Source: an uncultured Desulfobulbia bacterium
GTDB taxonomy: Bacteria > Desulfobacterota > Desulfobulbia > Desulfobulbales > VMSU01
Length of the DNA: 37,804 nucleotides
Direction of reading: 5' to 3'
Assembly (NCBI GenBank): GCA_964608155.1
Contig: CAZSOB010000002.1
Coordinates: 1 to 37,804 of the forward strand
Below, piece by piece: positions 7,362 to 17,128 of this stretch (position 1 is its first letter; every line of letters starts with the position of its first letter). The position numbers were made by a program, and so were the translations under genes. Below the pieces are notes generated by a model, which saw only the letters and a list, made by a program, of their open reading frames with translations, did not search any database and had not been told where the DNA came from.

Positions 7362-9326
7362 CTATGGAGCTGCCAGGGCAATTAACAAATCAGCGCTCTT
7401 TTGAACCTCCTGCATCTCCCTGTCGGTTCGATCCTTTTTAAAATTCTTGATCGCCAGCATCACCCCGACTTTATTATCGGCGTAACCCACGTTTTTTCGA
7501 TAGTCCATGATATCTTCGTAATTATATGGCGGATTCGCCCCCACGAAGTCCAAGGGCGGAAATTCTCTTAAACATTGACTCAGAATCTCTGTATAGGCCC
7601 ACATCAACCTTCTGCGCGAGACAATATCATCACGAATATCAACACCGGTACCAGGCACTCGTGGATGCTGACGACGATCCCTGGCATTGACATGCACAAA
7701 TTCAACCGTACCCGGATCATTTACCAAATTGAGGACATGCCCCAGTTCATGGGCAATGGTTTGGGCCTCTGAAGCCCAATCGGCCAAATATACGCTAAAA
7801 GAATGGGGATTCGCCCGCGCGGAGCTGGCAGCGCCGCCAATTTCATTGATGTTATTCTCAAAAGCGCTGCGATCCTCAGTCTGCTCAACTATCTGTTGCA
7901 CAAATATGACGTTTATAGCGCCGTTACCTTCTCGATTATGATTTTCCAGCGTAGCGCTCTCCGACTCCCACGCGCTGCCCGGCGCGGGATTCTGTCTCCA
8001 TTGCAAGTCCACACATCCCCGGATATCAAAATTGTGCGTGTCAGTATCCACATTATTCATGACTTCGAACTTAATCCCATGGGGGAAATAAATTCTATTG
8101 ACATCTGCGAAACGAGCCTCGATCAGTGCCTTGGTATTATACATGGTTTGAGCGGCAACAGCCGGGGCGCCAATGGTATGTGAACCGTTAATGATCGGGG
8201 CATGCGCCTTAATCCGCAGGGTGCGCAATCTATTGATGATGATTTGCAGACGGTGAATAATCGGGCCGTCCTGGGTGCCAAAACGAACTTCCAGAAAACA
8301 GCGGCCGGCCCTAAGCGCCCGGAATTTTATCATGACATTGTTTGTTGCCGGAAGCTTATTTTTCACCACTACCGTTCCAGCATTGTTTTCCTCTTGCCGC
8401 GGGGTAGTGATCTCCAGCATTTGCGCGTTGCTCGACGTAACGTAAAGGTCAGCCGCGGCCGCAATATTAATCCGCAAAAGCCGCACCCTGGTTTCAGCCT
8501 GGGTTTCCATACCCGAATCAAAACCAACCGGCAGCACCGCCGCTCCATGTCCAGACCCCAGGCATTTATTAAAGCCGCGGTCATCAGGGTCAGGGGCATT
8601 TGCGTCAATAGCGCCTTCGTCAATATCTGGGTCATTAACGTGTGGCGCTCTGGCAAAACGAACCGGGAACAGTATGACACTATTATGGATTAATTTTTTT
8701 AGTTTACTGTGGCCGCCAATGGTAGTCTTGCGGCCTTCATAATCGGACTCGCTACCGGTTGCTGCCACAGTGATACTGCCAATTTTTTGGAGCTGATCTT
8801 CCATGGTTTTGCTGGTTTTCGGGCCGTACATAGCATCGGCAAAAAGATCATGATCAGCCTGAAAGTCTAAAATCGCTTGCTCGGTTTCTTGGTCAGGATT
8901 GTTATAAAGCTCTTTTTGGGCGGCTGGCAGGTTGATTTCTGCTTCATTATCCACAAGAGGGCCATAATAGTACCCAAGTATATTCAGCCGCTGCTGTATA
9001 CCTCGAAGGGTATTGGCCCGCGCCAGGTTTTGCAGTCGAATAATTTCATACCGCGTCCCCAAAATCTCCAGTATAGTTGTGGCATTGGCTGAAACCACCA
9101 CCATAACTTTTCCATCTTTCTCAGTGCTGGTTCTCCCCGTCTGTTTTTCTTCATCATCCCAATAGACCTTATAGTCCAAATTTGCCACACCCCGCTTGGT
9201 ACCTTTGGCAATCCCCGGTGCTGTCTGAAAATAAACCGTAACCCGCCTGCCAATCAACTGATTGTGATTTGCGGCCCCTTGATTTAATCGAGCAACAAAA
9301 AAATTTCTAGCGCTTGTAAAGCTCAT
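7362..9326 (-). CDS. Candidate T6SS effector: PG-binding domain + zinc metallopeptidase (HExxH)
   Basis: PG_binding_1-like GIQQRLNILGY...AILDFQADHDLFADAMYGPKT; TIAHELGHVLNL zinc motif; possible Met-turn RRLMW. No signal peptide; downstream of vgrG. Confidence 0.75.
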   Translation of the reverse strand: MSFTSARNFFVARLNQGAANHNQLIGRRVTVYFQTAPGIAKGTKRGVANLDYKVYWDDEEKQTGRTSTEKDGKVMVVVSANATTILEILGTRYEIIRLQNLARANTLRGIQQRLNILGYYYGPLVDNEAEINLPAAQKELYNNPDQETEQAILDFQADHDLFADAMYGPKTSKTMEDQLQKIGSITVAATGSESDYEGRKTTIGGHSKLKKLIHNSVILFPVRFARAPHVNDPDIDEGAIDANAPDPDDRGFNKCLGSGHGAAVLPVGFDSGMETQAETRVRLLRINIAAAADLYVTSSNAQMLEITTPRQEENNAGTVVVKNKLPATNNVMIKFRALRAGRCFLEVRFGTQDGPIIHRLQIIINRLRTLRIKAHAPIINGSHTIGAPAVAAQTMYNTKALIEARFADVNRIYFPHGIKFEVMNNVDTDTHNFDIRGCVDLQWRQNPAPGSAWESESATLENHNREGNGAINVIFVQQIVEQTEDRSAFENNINEIGGAASSARANPHSFSVYLADWASEAQTIAHELGHVLNLVNDPGTVEFVHVNARDRRQHPRVPGTGVDIRDDIVSRRRLMWAYTEILSQCLREFPPLDFVGANPPYNYEDIMDYRKNVGYADNKVGVMLAIKNFKKDRTDREMQEVQKSADLLIALAAP

Positions 9327-9940
9327 TGCCCAAACACCTCCTTGATCCGGTCACGCGTAGCCTGGTCAATTTTTCCCGTTACAGTCAATTTTTCTTTGTC
9401 CTGAAAGGCTTCAATGGCTCCTCGAGGCTCATCAGCAACCTCATACCCCATATTGCTTAACCGTTTTAGCACACCTTCTTCCGTGTCTAAGGGATCAAGC
9501 GTCCCAAAATCTATCCCAAAACTAACCCGGTTAGCAGGAGGGCCGACTATAATTTTACCCATTTTAACCTGAGGAGGAACATTGGTTTCAATATAACCAT
9601 CGCCATCAGTGGTTCCTTCAGACCAAAACTGATCGTCTATAATCATAGAAAAAGGTTGATTTTTCATGGGCTCATCTTCCATGACGAGTTGTACCTTGAT
9701 TTTTGCGGGCACCCCCTTCTTTCGGAAAGAGTGCCTGGTTCCGGAAGCACAATCCACGATCTTTTCCCGTATCTTCGGAATACTTAATTTATCTCCGGGC
9801 AGCAATATATTAGGATCTTTACGTAATTTTTTCAGCGCCTTATTGCCGGGGGCATCCCATACAGTCTGCCAAAAAAGGCCGTGTTTCTCGCTGATGCTGT
9901 TCAGGCAATCACCTTGGCGAATAGTGTACTGTTTAGTCAT
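9323..9940 (-). CDS. LysM + TTR-like + PG-binding domain protein
   Basis: LysM YTIRQGDCLNSIS...PNILLPGDKLSIP; central EGTTDGDG beta-domain; C-terminal LKRLSNMGY...AIEAFQ..EKLTVTGKIDQAT. Confidence 0.8.
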   Translation of the reverse strand: MTKQYTIRQGDCLNSISEKHGLFWQTVWDAPGNKALKKLRKDPNILLPGDKLSIPKIREKIVDCASGTRHSFRKKGVPAKIKVQLVMEDEPMKNQPFSMIIDDQFWSEGTTDGDGYIETNVPPQVKMGKIIVGPPANRVSFGIDFGTLDPLDTEEGVLKRLSNMGYEVADEPRGAIEAFQDKEKLTVTGKIDQATRDRIKEVFGQ

Positions 9941-9949
9941 TTTTACGTC

Positions 9950-10372
9950 CTATATCTTTTTCCAGGCATCTTTATCAAACTTTGGGAATGAGACCTTGCA
10001 TGTACCATTTTTAAACCCTTCCACCCGGGCAAACCCCTTATTATCCAGGGTTCCTTCGGCAACCGTATCGTCTGGCAGAGTAATTTTATACTTCTCACCC
10101 GCAATCGGTTCGTCATCTTCTCCGACTAATTTAATTTCTATCCAGCTTGTTTTCCCCTCTTCTTCAGCCTCTTCTTCGTCTTTGGGCGGTTTGTGGGACT
10201 TGGCCTGTGTGGCGCCATATTTACCCTGCTGCTGTTCGATTTGCTCAGCCTTAATCCTGGTCACTTCACCGGGGTCGGCCATATCGGCGTCTTCGGATAA
10301 ATCTGGCGTACCCGGCAAAACCGCTGTACCTGCCTTTCCGCTTTTTTTTGCCATATAGTCACCTGTTCTCAT
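9950..10372 (-). CDS. VgrG-associated small protein (TTR/carboxypeptidase-regulatory-like beta domain)
   Basis: WIEIKLVGEDDEPIAGEKYKITLPDDTVAEGTLDNKGFARV resembles VgrG C-terminal extensions. Start overlaps the vgrG stop (alternative start 10354). Confidence 0.7.
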   Translation of the reverse strand: MRTGDYMAKKSGKAGTAVLPGTPDLSEDADMADPGEVTRIKAEQIEQQQGKYGATQAKSHKPPKDEEEAEEEGKTSWIEIKLVGEDDEPIAGEKYKITLPDDTVAEGTLDNKGFARVEGFKNGTCKVSFPKFDKDAWKKI

Positions 10373-12372
10373 CAGTTGATCTTAACGATTCCGCCTTTGA
10401 CCTCGGTCATCGCGCTACCGTTAACGCTTACTTGTGTACCAGCTACCTTGACTTGCCCGGAGGTGTTAATCTCGATTGCTCCCGGTTCAATGGAAATGTA
10501 GGAGCCACCGACACTGAGAGTAATATTCTGCATCGCCTCAATCACCACATTATTTGCCTTTAGGTAATAATCTCCCGTGTCCTGCTCCGAGTGATCTGCC
10601 TTAAAGACCTCAATCATATCACCTTTGACCGTGAGCGACAGGCTCCCGCCAACCTGCTTAGCCTCTTTGCCTATGACGTTCAGATGCCGATCCTTGCCGA
10701 TTTTTTCTATGTGGTCTGCATCAATTGTTTCGTTCCGGTTATTGTCCACATGCTCAAACTTATCCTGTAATACATGGAGATGGCGATTTTGTTCAATGGT
10801 CTCAAAGCAGTCATTTTTGACCCGCAGATCGAAATTTTTTTCGCCATGAATATAAAGCTGCTCCTCACCTTTCTTATCCTCAAAACGGATCTCATTAAAA
10901 CCGTCCCCGTCAGGCGAACTGTTCGACTTAAAGGCACTAATGGTCTTGTTGTCTGGGAGCTTGTAAGGCGTGCGGTTAATGCCATGATAGACCTGTCCGG
11001 TGATAATCGGCCTGTCTGGGTTACCTTCAAGGAATTCAACAATCACTTCATGGCCGACCCGGGGCAGGAACATCGCCCCCCAGCCGTTACCGGCCATGGG
11101 CTGGCTGACACGAATCCAGCAGGAGCTGCTCTCGTTACTTTTCCCTTCGCGATCCCAGTGGAACTGAATCTTCACCCGGCCATAATCATCGGTATAGATT
11201 TCTTCTCCGGTAGGCCCCACAACAACTGCTGTCTGCACCCCTTCCACCACTGGTCTTTTCGTGCCGCGAGCCGGCCGGTAAGGCACTTTATGTGGAATAC
11301 AGGTGAAATAGTTCTTATAGGATTTCCCTTTTCTGGAGGATGGGGCGCTGAAGTAGGTCGCCGCCTGGTCAGCCTCATGCCTGATACGGGTCAGAAGATA
11401 TTCCTTATTATCCCAGTCATCCCGAGAAGTATTTTCCAGCCTGAACCGAAAGCCGCTGGCAAAGGCCCGGCAGTCACTTGAACCGCTCAAGGTGGTGATC
11501 TGGGCCTCCTCTTCCTCCATGCGAAGATTGGCCAGATTGTCTCCCGCGTTTCGGGTGGCATACAGTCCCGGATAATCATATTTTTCCCGCTCACCAGGCC
11601 CCAGGGCATGGGTGGTATCAGATGTTACCTCAATATCCGTGTTGGGAATTTCATAGTTATAATCATTTAATGAATATTTCCCTGCCTGGATCTCCTTTAC
11701 CATTTTCAGGCTGTTAATCTGATCCTCACTGCCAAAATGTTCTTCACCCGTCAACTTGAATTTGACGGTTTCCTGGCCAAGGCATGGTTCATGCGCTCCT
11801 GGATAATCGGCCAGTACCATGGTGTGTTTGCCGTTTTCATGCACAAAAAAATAGAAAATCCCCTCTTCTTCCAAAAGCCTTGAAACAAAATTAAAATCAC
11901 TTTCTCTGTATTGTACGGTGTATTCTCTTGGTTTATATTGCCCCTGAAGATTTAGCTTGAAGTCGGTTAGACCTTTATCCGTAAAGATTTTACCCACAAT
12001 GTCCGGCACTGAAAGATTTTGGAATATACGTAAATTTGAGGTTCTGGTCAGAAGCCAAAGCCAGGGCACCATGGTGGCGGAGTAATATGGCGATTGGAGT
12101 TCACTTCCTTTTTCAGGACTGCCGTGTTCCTGACTGAAACGCGATATCAGCCCGTTAAAATAGCGTATGCTGCCATCGGCGAGAAAAACAGAAATGGTGA
12201 CGTTTTTACCAATGATCTTTTCAAGAGAAATCGTCTGTTGTTCAGAAAATAAATCTATATCAAATTGAAAAAGCTCCGACAGACCTTCCTGGCCGCGTAT
12301 CCGGGCGAGCAGCAGCACATCCGTGCCGAGCGGGGTCTCTATTGAAAAAAGTTTGTTTTCCTGAGTTAACAT
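10372..12372 (-). CDS. vgrG: T6SS spike protein VgrG
   Basis: VQYRESDFNFVSRLLEEEGIFYFF, GVQTAVVVGP..EEIYTDDYGRVKIQFHWDR, LPRVGHEVIVEFLEGNPDRP, NEIRFEDKKGEEQ, gp5-like C-terminal repeats. Confidence 0.97.
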   Translation of the reverse strand: MLTQENKLFSIETPLGTDVLLLARIRGQEGLSELFQFDIDLFSEQQTISLEKIIGKNVTISVFLADGSIRYFNGLISRFSQEHGSPEKGSELQSPYYSATMVPWLWLLTRTSNLRIFQNLSVPDIVGKIFTDKGLTDFKLNLQGQYKPREYTVQYRESDFNFVSRLLEEEGIFYFFVHENGKHTMVLADYPGAHEPCLGQETVKFKLTGEEHFGSEDQINSLKMVKEIQAGKYSLNDYNYEIPNTDIEVTSDTTHALGPGEREKYDYPGLYATRNAGDNLANLRMEEEEAQITTLSGSSDCRAFASGFRFRLENTSRDDWDNKEYLLTRIRHEADQAATYFSAPSSRKGKSYKNYFTCIPHKVPYRPARGTKRPVVEGVQTAVVVGPTGEEIYTDDYGRVKIQFHWDREGKSNESSSCWIRVSQPMAGNGWGAMFLPRVGHEVIVEFLEGNPDRPIITGQVYHGINRTPYKLPDNKTISAFKSNSSPDGDGFNEIRFEDKKGEEQLYIHGEKNFDLRVKNDCFETIEQNRHLHVLQDKFEHVDNNRNETIDADHIEKIGKDRHLNVIGKEAKQVGGSLSLTVKGDMIEVFKADHSEQDTGDYYLKANNVVIEAMQNITLSVGGSYISIEPGAIEINTSGQVKVAGTQVSVNGSAMTEVKGGIVKIN

Positions 12373-12412
12373 AAAGCTTTCCCTCGTAACATGCGGTAAT
12401 GCTAAAATAATA

Positions 12413-12564
12413 GTAACTATTCAGCGAAATGCCCGTAATTAACGATAACCACTGAATGTAACTGCTCAGATGTGCCCAAGATGTGGTTGATAATGCCGTT
12501 CAGCTATACATCAGTATGCTGGACGGCATTATCAATCGCAGATTGGGTGCAGCTGAACAGTTAC
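12413..12564 (-). mobile_element. MITE copy 3 (inverted relative to copies 1 and 2, 8-bp TSD)
   Basis: GTAACTATTCAG (12413), internal GTAACTGCTCAG (12458), CTGAACAGTTAC (12553-12564). TSD AAATAATA at 12405-12412 and 12565-12572. Confidence 0.85.
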
Positions 12565-12578
12565 AAATAATATATGAT

Positions 12579-12637
12579 TTCGAATGTCCAGCTTCACATG
12601 CGGGCGCAGCCCGTCAGAGTGCAAGCTATGGTTGGGC
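12579..12637 (-). other. Degenerate integron attC-like site (59 bp)
   Basis: Minus strand GCCCAAC-CATA-GCTTGCAC-TCTGACGGGCTGCGCCCGCAT-GTGAAGC-TGGAC-ATTCGAA. R'' fits RYYYAAC, the L boxes pair with one extra base, and there is a central CGGGC/GCCCG stem. R' reads ATT rather than GTT. Confidence 0.6.
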
Positions 12638-12762
12638 TGAATAAATACCCCATGCATGGGGTTAAATATCAAGACTGACACCAGAGACTTGCTGAAAAAA
12701 TGAAATGAGCCCAGCAAATCTTTACCCCTTTGCCTAAATGCCGTGAAACCGGTACTGAACCC

Positions 12763-14352
12763 TCAGACACCTTTTCTACCTGCATCTCTGTCCAGCCTGT
12801 CTTTTTCGTTCAGGGCATTTCCCAGTTCCCCGAAGCCTTCCAGGAGGTCATTCGAAAGGACTACCGATTCCACGGACTGATCTAAAATAAAAGATCCGAT
12901 GGAGTAAATGCTATCGGTGACGCCCTTTGCCGTTGAGAGGCCGTCGTGAAGGTCATAGCTTCCAACGCCGAAACTGATCCCTGCCTTTGTGAGGTCAACC
13001 GTCACGTTCATGAAGGCCTCGATGAACTCGACGGCCCTGGGCTTTCGACCTTTGAGATTGCTAAGGGCGGTTGTGAAGAGCTTGTTCTGCCTCTTGTTGA
13101 CATTGACCTCTTTTTGGAGTTTTTCGATCTTCGGTATCGTCTTCATGATATTGCGGCGAACGCTTGCCAACTTCATCGTCTTCTTGGTTTTTTGATCGCC
13201 AGCCTGGTTTTCTGCGGAACGGGCATTGGCAGGCGGCGGCGAGGCATGTTTAGCGGGTGCCGAAGCTCTCCCGAACCGCGACGGGACAGGAGGAGGTGTT
13301 TTTTGAGAAAACATATCCTTGTAGACGTTGGCATTCACTCGCCCCTGCCTTGACGGAACCAGGGGAGAAATCTGGCCACTGGAATTGATCGTTCGTCGGC
13401 CTTCACGGGAAGGGATCGGTGGCGGCACCTTGAGCTTACACCCTTCACGGGACGGCACAGATGGGCGGCTCTCCATATTAATAACTCTCTGGAGTTCATT
13501 CGCCTTTTGAAGGATCTGGGTGAGCTTTTGGGCCAGTTGATGACTTTTCTGATCCACCACTCTGATCTTGTTCTCCCACAGATCGAACTTACCGGAAAGC
13601 GTGGTGATCGTGTTAATCTCTATGAAACCGGAAAAGACCTTATTCGCGACCCCTCTGAGGACTTCCTGGGTTCCGATGCTCCCCCCGCCGGCGTTTTTAT
13701 ATTTCTTTTCTAAGTCTTTTAGGCTGACGAGAGCATCCACGCGGGCGAGTTCAAGGCTTTTGATGGCCTTTAAGAGTTCACGGGTCAACTCGGCGAAGGA
13801 TTGAACGAGCCCCACGAACCCGATGATCAGGCCCGGGATGGCAGTGGTTCCGCAGGTGAAGATGGCAGTGGTCGTTCCAACTACCATGGTGGTTGTGGAA
13901 AAGAGGATCCTCGCAATCTTGACAACCATCTTCACGATAATACCTCTCTTGTATCCGGCCACGGCTTTTTTGTCCTTGGCCACGGCTTTGATGGTTTGAC
14001 CGACAAGATACTTTACATTATCGTTGGTCAAGGAGAGTAGGTAGCGTGTGTATTCATCGAAGCTGCGATAATCATCGGCCAGAGAGTCAAAATCCCGGTT
14101 GTTGATATGCATGAAAATGCGCGTTTCCACCCTAAATACTTTGTCGGAGAGAAACCGATATGCCTTGTTGTTCACAAAATCATTGATCGCGTCAGTAATT
14201 TTCTGCTGTAGCAGCGGGTCGGCCTCCAGCGCATCAGCCACCGGGCCTTCCTCGACATCCAGGGCGACCGTGAAATCGCTCAGTGCCATGTACCGCGGAT
14301 GCTGTTCTCTGACAATATCCGGCCAGAGGTTTCTCTTATAAATAGTGATCAT
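12763..14352 (-). CDS. Hypothetical protein, candidate effector (hydrophobic hairpin, coiled coil, PxxPSR repeats)
   Basis: 529-aa ORF with AGGAGG RBS, between tssH and vgrG. Hydrophobic segment ILFSTTTMVVGTTTAIFTCGTTAIPGLIIGFVGLV; four P-x-[VI]-P-S-R-x-G repeats. Confidence 0.7.
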   Translation of the reverse strand: MITIYKRNLWPDIVREQHPRYMALSDFTVALDVEEGPVADALEADPLLQQKITDAINDFVNNKAYRFLSDKVFRVETRIFMHINNRDFDSLADDYRSFDEYTRYLLSLTNDNVKYLVGQTIKAVAKDKKAVAGYKRGIIVKMVVKIARILFSTTTMVVGTTTAIFTCGTTAIPGLIIGFVGLVQSFAELTRELLKAIKSLELARVDALVSLKDLEKKYKNAGGGSIGTQEVLRGVANKVFSGFIEINTITTLSGKFDLWENKIRVVDQKSHQLAQKLTQILQKANELQRVINMESRPSVPSREGCKLKVPPPIPSREGRRTINSSGQISPLVPSRQGRVNANVYKDMFSQKTPPPVPSRFGRASAPAKHASPPPANARSAENQAGDQKTKKTMKLASVRRNIMKTIPKIEKLQKEVNVNKRQNKLFTTALSNLKGRKPRAVEFIEAFMNVTVDLTKAGISFGVGSYDLHDGLSTAKGVTDSIYSIGSFILDQSVESVVLSNDLLEGFGELGNALNEKDRLDRDAGRKGV

Positions 14353-14430
14353 GTTTACGCAACCTCCTTTCTAATAGGGAAACAGGGGGATCTAGTTCGA
14401 ATTCAGCTGTTGAGTAGATTAGCTCATCAG

Positions 14431-17076
14431 TTATTTCACGTCATACACAAACCCCTCATCGCCAACCGTCACTTCAACTTCCTGAATATCAACCGCCTCT
14501 GCCATCCGACTAAGCAGCTCCCTGCTCATCTCCGGCAGCAATGTATGTGACAGAATATGATCGATATTTCGCGCCCCGCTGTCCACCTCGGTACAGCGGC
14601 TGGCAATGGCCTCGACCACATCATCACCATAGGTAAAAGTTGTATTGCGGTTTTGTTGCATGCGTTTGGCGACGGCATTAAGTTTCAGTCTGGTAATAAA
14701 GCGCAGATTCTCATCAGTAATCGGGTAATAAGGGATTACCTTTAGCCGTCCGAGAAAGGCGGGTTTGAAGTGGTTCTGTAACTCGGGCCGCAGGGTCTCG
14801 GCCAAGGCCTCCGGGCCAGGCTTGGTTTCTTCATCGGCGCAGACCTTCATGATCGTATCGGTGCCGAGGTTGGAGGTGAGGATAATCAGGGTGTTTTTAA
14901 AATCAATGCGCCGCCCCTCGCCGTCTTCCAGCATGCCCTTGTCAAAGACCTGGTAAAAAAGCTCCATGACATCGTTATGGGCCTTTTCTACCTCATCAAG
15001 CAGGACAACGCTGTATGGCTTGCGGCGCACTGCCTCAGTGAGTACCCCGCCCTCACCGTAACCGACATAGCCGGGGGGAGAGCCTTTTAAACTGGAAACG
15101 GTATGGGCCTCCTGATACTCGCTCATATTGATGGTGATTATATTCTCATCTCCGCCATAGAGAAGATCCGCCAGGGCTAGAGCGGTTTCGGTCTTACCCA
15201 CGCCGGAAGGGCCGACAAGCATGAATACCCCGGTGGGTTTTGACGGATCTTCGATACCGGCATGGGCGGTCTGGATGGTCTGGGCCATGGCGCTTAAACC
15301 ATGATCCTGGCCGATAACCCGCTCACCGAGAAGCTTGTCAAGATTCATGACGGTGGTAATTTCATCGGTGAGCATCCTGCCGGTGGGGATACCGGTCCAG
15401 CCGGATATTACGTCAGAAATGGTAATGGAATCAACCGCTATCTGGACAAGGGGCTCATCTCCCTGGACTTTGGCAAATTCCGCCTCCAGTGCCTGCAGCT
15501 CAGTACGTTTGGCAGTTAGTTCCGGAGCCGCCGGGTTCCCGGCATGCAGCTCCAGGATATCCTTGCGCGCCGCCACGATCTTGTCCGCCACCTCCATTTC
15601 CCCCTTCCATTTCGCTGTAAGTTGCTCAAGATGCTGTTTAGTTTCTTCCCGGCCGGCAACCAATTCCGTCAGGCGTTGACTATGATCTTGACCCATTAGA
15701 ACCTCTTGCTCAAGAATCTTCGCCTCACGGTCAATCTGGCCGATGCGTCTTGTTTCCTCTTCAACCGCCGCCGGGCTGGTGGTCAAGCCGATGGCCACCC
15801 TGGCGCAGGCCGTATCAAGGACACTCACCGACTTATCCGGTAACTGGCGGCCGGTAATATAGCGGTGGGAAAGATGGACAGAATCACGCAGAGCCGCATC
15901 GGTAATCATTACCTTATGATGATTTTCGATAAACGGGGCAATGGCCCGCATCATCACCAGGGCCTTTTCTTCATCCGGCTCCTCCACCTTGACCACTTGG
16001 AAACGCCTGGCCAGGGCCGCGTCCTTCTCAAAATATTTTTTATATTCCGCCCAGGTAGTAGCGGCAATGGTACGCAGCTCGCCCCGGGCCAGGGCGGGTT
16101 TAAGCAGATTTGCCGCGTCTCCGGCCCCGGCGGCCCCGCCGGCCCCGATCAAGGTATGGGCCTCATCAATAAAAATGATAATCGGTACCGGCGAGGACTT
16201 GATCTCGTTGATTACCTGCTTGAGGCGTTCCTCAAACTCGCCTTTAATCCCGGCCCCGGCCTGGAGAAGGGCCAGATCAAGGGTGTGAATGGCCACCCCG
16301 CGCAGAGGCGGCGGCACATCTCCTTCCGCGATTCTAAGGGCAAAACCTTCCACCACCGCCGTCTTGCCAACCCCGGCCTCACCGGTCAGAATCGGGTTGT
16401 TCTGGCGGCGGCGAATGAGGATATCCACCATCTGCCGAATCTCAAAATCACGGCCCAGGACTGGATCTATTTCACCCTTTTTGGCCTTCTCCGTCAGGTT
16501 GACGGTATATTGGGCCAGGGCCTGACCCTGGCCGCCGGCCATGGGGGCGGCTCCGGCTTCGGCAGCAGGGCCTGCCGAAGTGGTAACTTCCTCATTTTCC
16601 TCAATGGAACCGGCCGTCAGATCAGCAAAGGACTCGCGCAACGTCTCAATGGAAATTTTCTTAAACAGCGATGAACCGGCATACAGACCCCTGGCCGTCT
16701 CGGCATTGGTGAGCAGGGCAATGATAATGTGGCCGCTGCGCACACTGCTCACCTGAAAATCAACCGAGGCCACCAGCCATGCCTCCTTGATCATTTGCGG
16801 GATGTGCGGCGAGAGGGCCGGCGTCCGGGAGTTACCGGTTTTAAATTCTTCAATGGTTCTGGTCAGATCACCAATCATATGCGATTCATTAATCTCAAAA
16901 TAACGCAGAATTTTTTGAAAATCGGTATCATTGATATCAAGAAGCTTGATAAAAAAATGCTCCAGTTCCACATCATAATGGGTATGTGACAGACACAGAC
17001 CGGCAGCAGACTCAAGGCTTTTGCGGCAAGCGGTGTTTAATTTCCCGATTAACGACTTCAGATTTGATATTGCCAT
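14431..17076 (-). CDS. tssH: T6SS AAA+ ATPase ClpV
   Basis: [67 protein letters not shown], ClpV-type N-domain. Confidence 0.97.
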   Translation of the reverse strand: MAISNLKSLIGKLNTACRKSLESAAGLCLSHTHYDVELEHFFIKLLDINDTDFQKILRYFEINESHMIGDLTRTIEEFKTGNSRTPALSPHIPQMIKEAWLVASVDFQVSSVRSGHIIIALLTNAETARGLYAGSSLFKKISIETLRESFADLTAGSIEENEEVTTSAGPAAEAGAAPMAGGQGQALAQYTVNLTEKAKKGEIDPVLGRDFEIRQMVDILIRRRQNNPILTGEAGVGKTAVVEGFALRIAEGDVPPPLRGVAIHTLDLALLQAGAGIKGEFEERLKQVINEIKSSPVPIIIFIDEAHTLIGAGGAAGAGDAANLLKPALARGELRTIAATTWAEYKKYFEKDAALARRFQVVKVEEPDEEKALVMMRAIAPFIENHHKVMITDAALRDSVHLSHRYITGRQLPDKSVSVLDTACARVAIGLTTSPAAVEEETRRIGQIDREAKILEQEVLMGQDHSQRLTELVAGREETKQHLEQLTAKWKGEMEVADKIVAARKDILELHAGNPAAPELTAKRTELQALEAEFAKVQGDEPLVQIAVDSITISDVISGWTGIPTGRMLTDEITTVMNLDKLLGERVIGQDHGLSAMAQTIQTAHAGIEDPSKPTGVFMLVGPSGVGKTETALALADLLYGGDENIITINMSEYQEAHTVSSLKGSPPGYVGYGEGGVLTEAVRRKPYSVVLLDEVEKAHNDVMELFYQVFDKGMLEDGEGRRIDFKNTLIILTSNLGTDTIMKVCADEETKPGPEALAETLRPELQNHFKPAFLGRLKVIPYYPITDENLRFITRLKLNAVAKRMQQNRNTTFTYGDDVVEAIASRCTEVDSGARNIDHILSHTLLPEMSRELLSRMAEAVDIQEVEVTVGDEGFVYDVK

Positions 17077-17128
17077 GCGAATAACTCCATTTATTTATTT
17101 AACTACATCTCCCAACCAACTAACCAAA

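Noticed and set aside
12532-12717. 61-aa minus-strand ORF as a possible immunity gene for the 529-aa protein
   Set aside because: It runs through the attC-like site and MITE end, has a non-ATG start and no clear RBS.
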